In this document: in pieces, positions 59,241-64,000 of the stretch | Layout of the letters: every line of letters starts with the position of its first letter | Position numbering within the stretch: the first letter of the stretch is position 1 | Origin: Mobula hypostoma | Lineage: Eukaryota | Assembly: GCF_963921235.1 (NCBI RefSeq) | Contig: NC_086101.1 | Coordinates: 15,686,001-15,750,000 of the forward strand | Length of the DNA stretch: 64,000 bases | Reading direction: 5' to 3' | Program-made: the position numbers and the translations under genes | Notes under the pieces: model-generated | The model's database searches: none | Seen by the model: the letters and a program-made list of their open reading frames with translations, nothing else | Told to the model about the DNA's origin: nothing

Positions 59241-60129
59241 GGCAAGACTTCTCCTTCGCTGGCACTGTAACAGTGTTACAGGAGCCACAATGTCACCGCG
59301 CCACCCCACTATTCTACCTTCACTGTCCCTGATGAGCATTTCTTTTTGCACTACGATGCATTGCACTGCTCTCCTTGCACCAGGCTGTTGTCTTGTCCTC
59401 ATGGCTGTATTTGATGTTGTATTTAATATTACCACGTAGACCAGTGAGTTTCAGACAGGGAAGGTATTTCTTCGCATCTTGGAGCGTCTGACAATAAATT
59501 TATCCAGCCTAGTCATCAGAGAAATCTGCAGAATTAGGCACAATTACAATTAGATGCTGACTGACAGGGTCTTGTGCCTCTTGATCGCACTGATGTTCAA
59601 TACTGGGACCCACCAACTCGAGACAGTCCGGTATTCACGGGTGTCCTTCGTGTAAATTTTCACCCACATTACTAACCTTTGTGCACAGAGGAGAGGCTTA
59701 AACTCTGAATGTACTTCATCGCCATGACAGTATCGCTGGATTTCGAGCGTGGAGTAGAGTCCTGGACTCGGAGTGCACCTTCTCAACTATCCACATCACT
59801 GGGCGCAGAGTGGAGTCCTGACCTCTACCTCCTTCATGTCCCTGTCTATGTCCATACACCCTAATCTAACCCCCAACTCCATTGACTGTCCTGAAAACCA
59901 TCCCTACAAACTTAAAAATACAACTAAGTCTGGGCCATGATCTCAAGAGAGACCACAGCTTGCATCATCATGACCAAAGATTTATGGGCCAAACACTGGT
60001 TAATGGGACCAGACATCTCAGTCAGCAGAGATGAGTTGGGCTGAAGGGCCTGTGTCTGTGCTGTTGACTCACAGATCTACTACCTCAATTGCCCTGCTCA
60101 TCTACACATGCTGTTGAACCCCTTGGGCT

Positions 60130-60690
60130 TTCCAAATGTTCCTCACCTTTAAGGATATAAAGCATTAGTCAAAGAACATTGGCAGTGTTGTGTGCAGTTT
60201 TGGGCTCCATATCTAAGAAACAATGTGCTGGCATTGGGGAGGATCCAGAGGAGAATGACAAAACTGATTTGGGAATGAAAGAGTAAATGTATGAGGATTG
60301 CTAGCTCTGGGATGTACTCGCTGGAGTTGAGAAGGATGGTGGGGAGGGATCTTACTGACACTTATCACATACTGAAAGGCCTAAACAGAGTGTACGTGGA
60401 GAGGATATTTCCAATATTGAGAGAGTCTAGGAGTCACAGCTCAGATTAGATGGAGATAAGGAGGAGTTTCTTTAGCCAGAGGGTGGTGAATCTGTGGAAT
60501 TCATGTCATAGATGACTGTGGAAGCCAAGTCATTGGGTATACTTAAAACAAAGGTTGATATGTTCTTGATTAGTTTTGGTGTCAAAGGTTATGGAGGAAG
60601 GCAGGAGAATTGGGTTGTGAGGGGAAAAATCTCTCAATATGGAATGGCAGAGCAAACTCAATGGGCTGAATGTCTGAATCCCTCTATCTT
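60130..60690 (+). mobile_element. CR1 3' fragment
   Basis: 'gtgtgcagttttgggctccatatctaagaaa...agccagagggtggtgaatctgtggaattc'. Confidence 0.75.
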
Positions 60691-60737
60691 TTCTGATCCC
60701 AAACTGGCGATAGAGGTAAAGGATTCAGTCTCCTTAC

Positions 60738-60851
60738 TTTTTGCACTGCAGATTTTTCTACGAAATATGATGCTGATGAGTAGGATGCTCCCTTGTATTC
60801 CAAAGGCCGTTAACAGGATCACCAGGAGAATCGTGACAGGTTTCAGTTTGC
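60738..60851 (-). CDS. NCR3-like copy B, transmembrane exon
   Basis: ttctcccccacag|xKLKPVTILLVILLTAFGIQGSILLISIIFRRKICSAK|gtaagg; 114 nt, phase 1-1; clear paralog of 25393-25506. Confidence 0.85.
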
Positions 60852-61210
60852 CTGTGGGGGAGAAAACAACTCAAAAGACATGAGCACAAATGGGCCATTT
60901 GGCCCTTCGAGACTGGTGAAGCACGCAATGATATGGCAGCTGACCTGAAAGTGTTTAACCCCACTGGTGAAATCATTCCTGTCACTGCCACCTCCCCTCC
61001 TCCCAATTCCAGGGGAGAAACATTAAATTTATCAAAAACCGATCCTCTCCACATTCCTTTCTTATCTCCTCCACTTCCCAAAACACTGGGGCCAATTTTC
61101 AGCAATCAATTAAAAAAACTCAAATGTCTTTGGGATGTGGGTGGAAACCAGAGCACCCACTGTGGTTAGGGTTTGGCCAGAGTGTCACAGGGAGAGTCCA
61201 CTGAGAATAG

Positions 61211-61570
61211 GAGAGGACAGTGTGTGACCCATTGCCCCAACCAGTCCTGGAGGGGGAGAGGACAGTGTGTGACCCACTGCCCCAACCAGTCTTGGAGGGG
61301 GAGAGGACAGTGTGTGACCCATTGCCCCAATCAGTCCTGGAGGGGGAGAGGACAGTGTGTGACCCATTGCCCCAACCAGTCCTGGAGGGGGAGAGGACAG
61401 TGTGTGACCCACTGCCCCAACCAGTCCTGGAGGGGGAGAGGACAGTGTGTGACCCACTGCCCCAACCAGTCCTGGAGGGAGAGAGGACAGTGTGTGACCC
61501 ACTGCCCCAACCAGTCCTGGAGGGGGAGAGGACAGTGTGTGACCCACTGCCCCAACCAGTCCTGGAGGGG
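61211..61570. repeat. 45-bp minisatellite, 8 near-identical tandem units
   Basis: Unit GAGAGGACAGTGTGTGACCCA(C/T)TGCCCCAACCAGTCCTGGAGGGG; units abut with no spacers. Confidence 0.97.
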
Positions 61571-61579
61571 GAGAAGATA

Positions 61580-63660
61580 GACCATAGGACAACAGACCAT
61601 CAGACATAGGAGCAGAATTAGGCCATTTGGCCCATTGAGTCTGCTCCACCATTCAATCATGGCTGATCCTTTTTCCCGTTCCTCTGTCCCGTTCACCAGC
61701 CTTCTCCCCATAAGCTCTGATGCTGTGCCCAGTCAAGAACCTAAAAAGCTCTGCCTTAAATACACCCAACAACCAGTCCTCCACAGCTCCCTGTGGTAAA
61801 AAATTCCACAAGTTCACTACCCTCTGGCTGAAGAAGTTTCTCCACATCTCTGTTGTAAATGGACACCCTCTCTCCTGAGGCTGTGCCCTCTTGTCCCAGA
61901 CTCCCCCTCCATGGGAAACATTTCCACATCTACCATGTCTAGGGTTTTCAACATTCGAAAGGTTTTAATGAGATTTCCCTCTTCATCTTTCTGAATTCCA
62001 GTGAGTACAGACCCAGAGCCATCAAAAGTTTCTCGCATGATAACCCTTTCAGTCCTGGAATCATCCTTGTGAACTGTCTCTGAACCCTCTCCAAGGCCAG
62101 CACATCTTTTCTCAAATGAAGGGCCCAAAACTGTAGACAATACTCAAGGTGAGGCCGCAGTAGTGCCTTATAAAGCTTCAGCATCACATCTCCGCTGCTG
62201 TATTCTAGACTTCTTGAAAATGCCAACCTTGCATTTGCCTTCCTCACCACTGACTCCATCTGCAAATTAACCTTTAGGGTGTTCTGCACAAGGACTCCCA
62301 AGTCCCTTTGCATCTCAGATTTTTGGATTTTTTTCCCCCATTCAGAAAATAGTCTGCACATTTATTTCTTCTACCAAACTGCATGACCATGCATTTTCCA
62401 ACATTATATTTCATTCGCCGCTTTCTTGCCTAATCTCCTAATCTGTCTAAGTCCTTCTGCAGCCTACCTGTTTCTTCAACATTAGCTGCCTCTCCACCAG
62501 TCTTCGTATCATCTGAAAACTTGGCAACAAAGCCATCTATTCCCTCATCTAAATCATTGATATACAGCATAAACAGAAGCGGTCCCAACACTGAACCCTG
62601 TGGAACCCTGGCAGCCAAACCAGAAAAGGGTCCTTTTATATCCACTCACTGCCTCCTGCCAATTAGACAATGCTTGAACCATGTCAGTGACATTCCTCTA
62701 ATGCCACTTGGTAAGCAGCCTCGTGTGGAACCTCGGCAAAGGCCTTCTGAAAGTCCAAGCATACAACATCTACTGCATTCATTTATCTATCCTACTTGTA
62801 ATCTCCTCAAAGAATTCTAAAAGGTTTGTCAAACAAGATTTTCCCTTAAGGAAACCATGCTGACTTGGTGCTATCCTGCGTTGTGTCACCATCACCACAT
62901 TATTAGCAATTGACTCCAACATCTTCCCAACCACTGAGGTCAGGTTAACTGGTCTATAATTTCCTTTCTGCTCCCTTCCTCATTTCTTACAAAATGGAGT
63001 GGCGTCGGCAATTTTCCAGTCCTCTGGCACCATGCCAAAGTCCAATATTTTTTGTAAGATCATTTCTAATGCCTCCACAATCTCTATCACTAGCTCTTTC
63101 AGCAGCCTAGGGTGCAGTTCATCTGGTCCGGGTGAATTACGTACCCTTAGGTCTTTCAGCTTTTTGAGCACCTTCTCCCTTGTAATAGTAACTGCACTCA
63201 ATTCCCTCCCCTCACAACCTTCAATATCTGGCACGTGACTATTGTCTTCCGCAGTGAAGGCTGATGCAATATATTCATTTAATTTACCTGCCATCTCCTT
63301 GTCCCCCATTATTATTTCGCTGACCTCATTTTCTAGCAGTTCTCTATCCACTCTCACGTTTTACATACTTGAAAATGCTTTTACTATCCACTTTCATATT
63401 GTTTGCAAGCTTGCTTTCATATTTCATCTTTTCCCTCTGAATGACTCTTTTAGTTGCTTTCTTTTGGATTTTAAACGCTTCCTAATCATCAGTATTGCCA
63501 GTATTTTTTGCTTTGTTGTATGCCCACTCTTTAGCTTTTAAATTAGCTTTGACTTCCTTGGTCAGCCATGGTTATATTATTTTGCCTTTTGAGTACTTCT
63601 TTCTTTTTGGAATACATCTATCCTGCATCTTCCTTAATTTCCCCAGAAACCAGTGCTGTT
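61580..63660 (-). mobile_element. CR1 LINE (RT + 3' UTR), reverse orientation, internally deleted
   Basis: ORFs 62980-63357, 62430-62645, 61948-62361 (NSPGPDELHPR, PQGSVLGPLLFMLYINDL, RPHLEYCLQFW). Confidence 0.9.
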
Positions 63661-64000
63661 GCTGCTCTGCTGTCACAGTGTCATCCACTGCCCCACCCAT
63701 CCTGGAGGGTGAGGGGACACTGTGCGACCCACTGCCCCACTGTATCCCGGGGGGGGGGAGGCGAGTGTGTGACCCACTTCACCACCATTCCCAAAGGGGA
63801 AGAGGACAGCTTCTGACACACTGACCCACTTAGAACCAGAGTGATAGAGGAAAGTGGGTGACCCACTGCCCCGCCGAGTCCCAGAGGGGAGTGTGTGACC
63901 CACTGCCACTGTTCTATAATCTGCACACTGAGCCAATCATTGTTGATGGGTTGATAAGTGTGTGATCTCCAGCCAGTAACCCGAATGTAATTCTTGTTAT

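Noticed and set aside
61211-61570. CRISPR-like array or repeat protein (ORFs 61173-61580, 61185-61652, 61220-61609)
   Set aside because: Units abut with no unique spacers, there are no cas genes and the DNA is eukaryotic; the ORFs arise because a 45-bp unit lacks stops.

Overview
Eukaryotic, repeat-rich vertebrate genomic DNA. The repeat repertoire (CR1, Rex1/Babar, Tx1/L1, Penelope-like termini, V-SINE-like SINEs) suggests a cartilaginous fish, probably a ray; this is an inference from family resemblance. Three host immune genes can be reconstructed by hand. (1) A divergent TRAF on the + strand (ATG 4943 to stop 18283; six coding exons found: RING, zinc fingers, and a single 900-nt coiled-coil+MATH exon). 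The exon carrying the last RING Cys pair was not located. (2) An NKp30/NCR3-like V-type Ig receptor on the - strand (V exon 29698-29369, TM exon 25506-25393, candidate tail exon ~24.6 kb), convergent with the TRAF. (3) A tandem paralog of that receptor (TM exon 60851-60738, tail block ~51.8 kb), whose V exon is presumably beyond the window end. The two receptor copies differ at a TM His/Leu position and by a 17-nt indel at the tail acceptor, suggesting a paired-receptor system. Many Penelope-like termini carry minimal type I hammerhead-ribozyme motifs, one fully intact at 33775-33812 (-). The rest is nested, decayed transposable elements, a solo LTR, MITEs and minisatellites. Most long ORFs in the track are TE remnants or low-complexity artefacts. 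Repeat boundaries are approximate (roughly +/-10-30 bp) unless a TSD is cited; all protein comparisons are from memory, not database searches.
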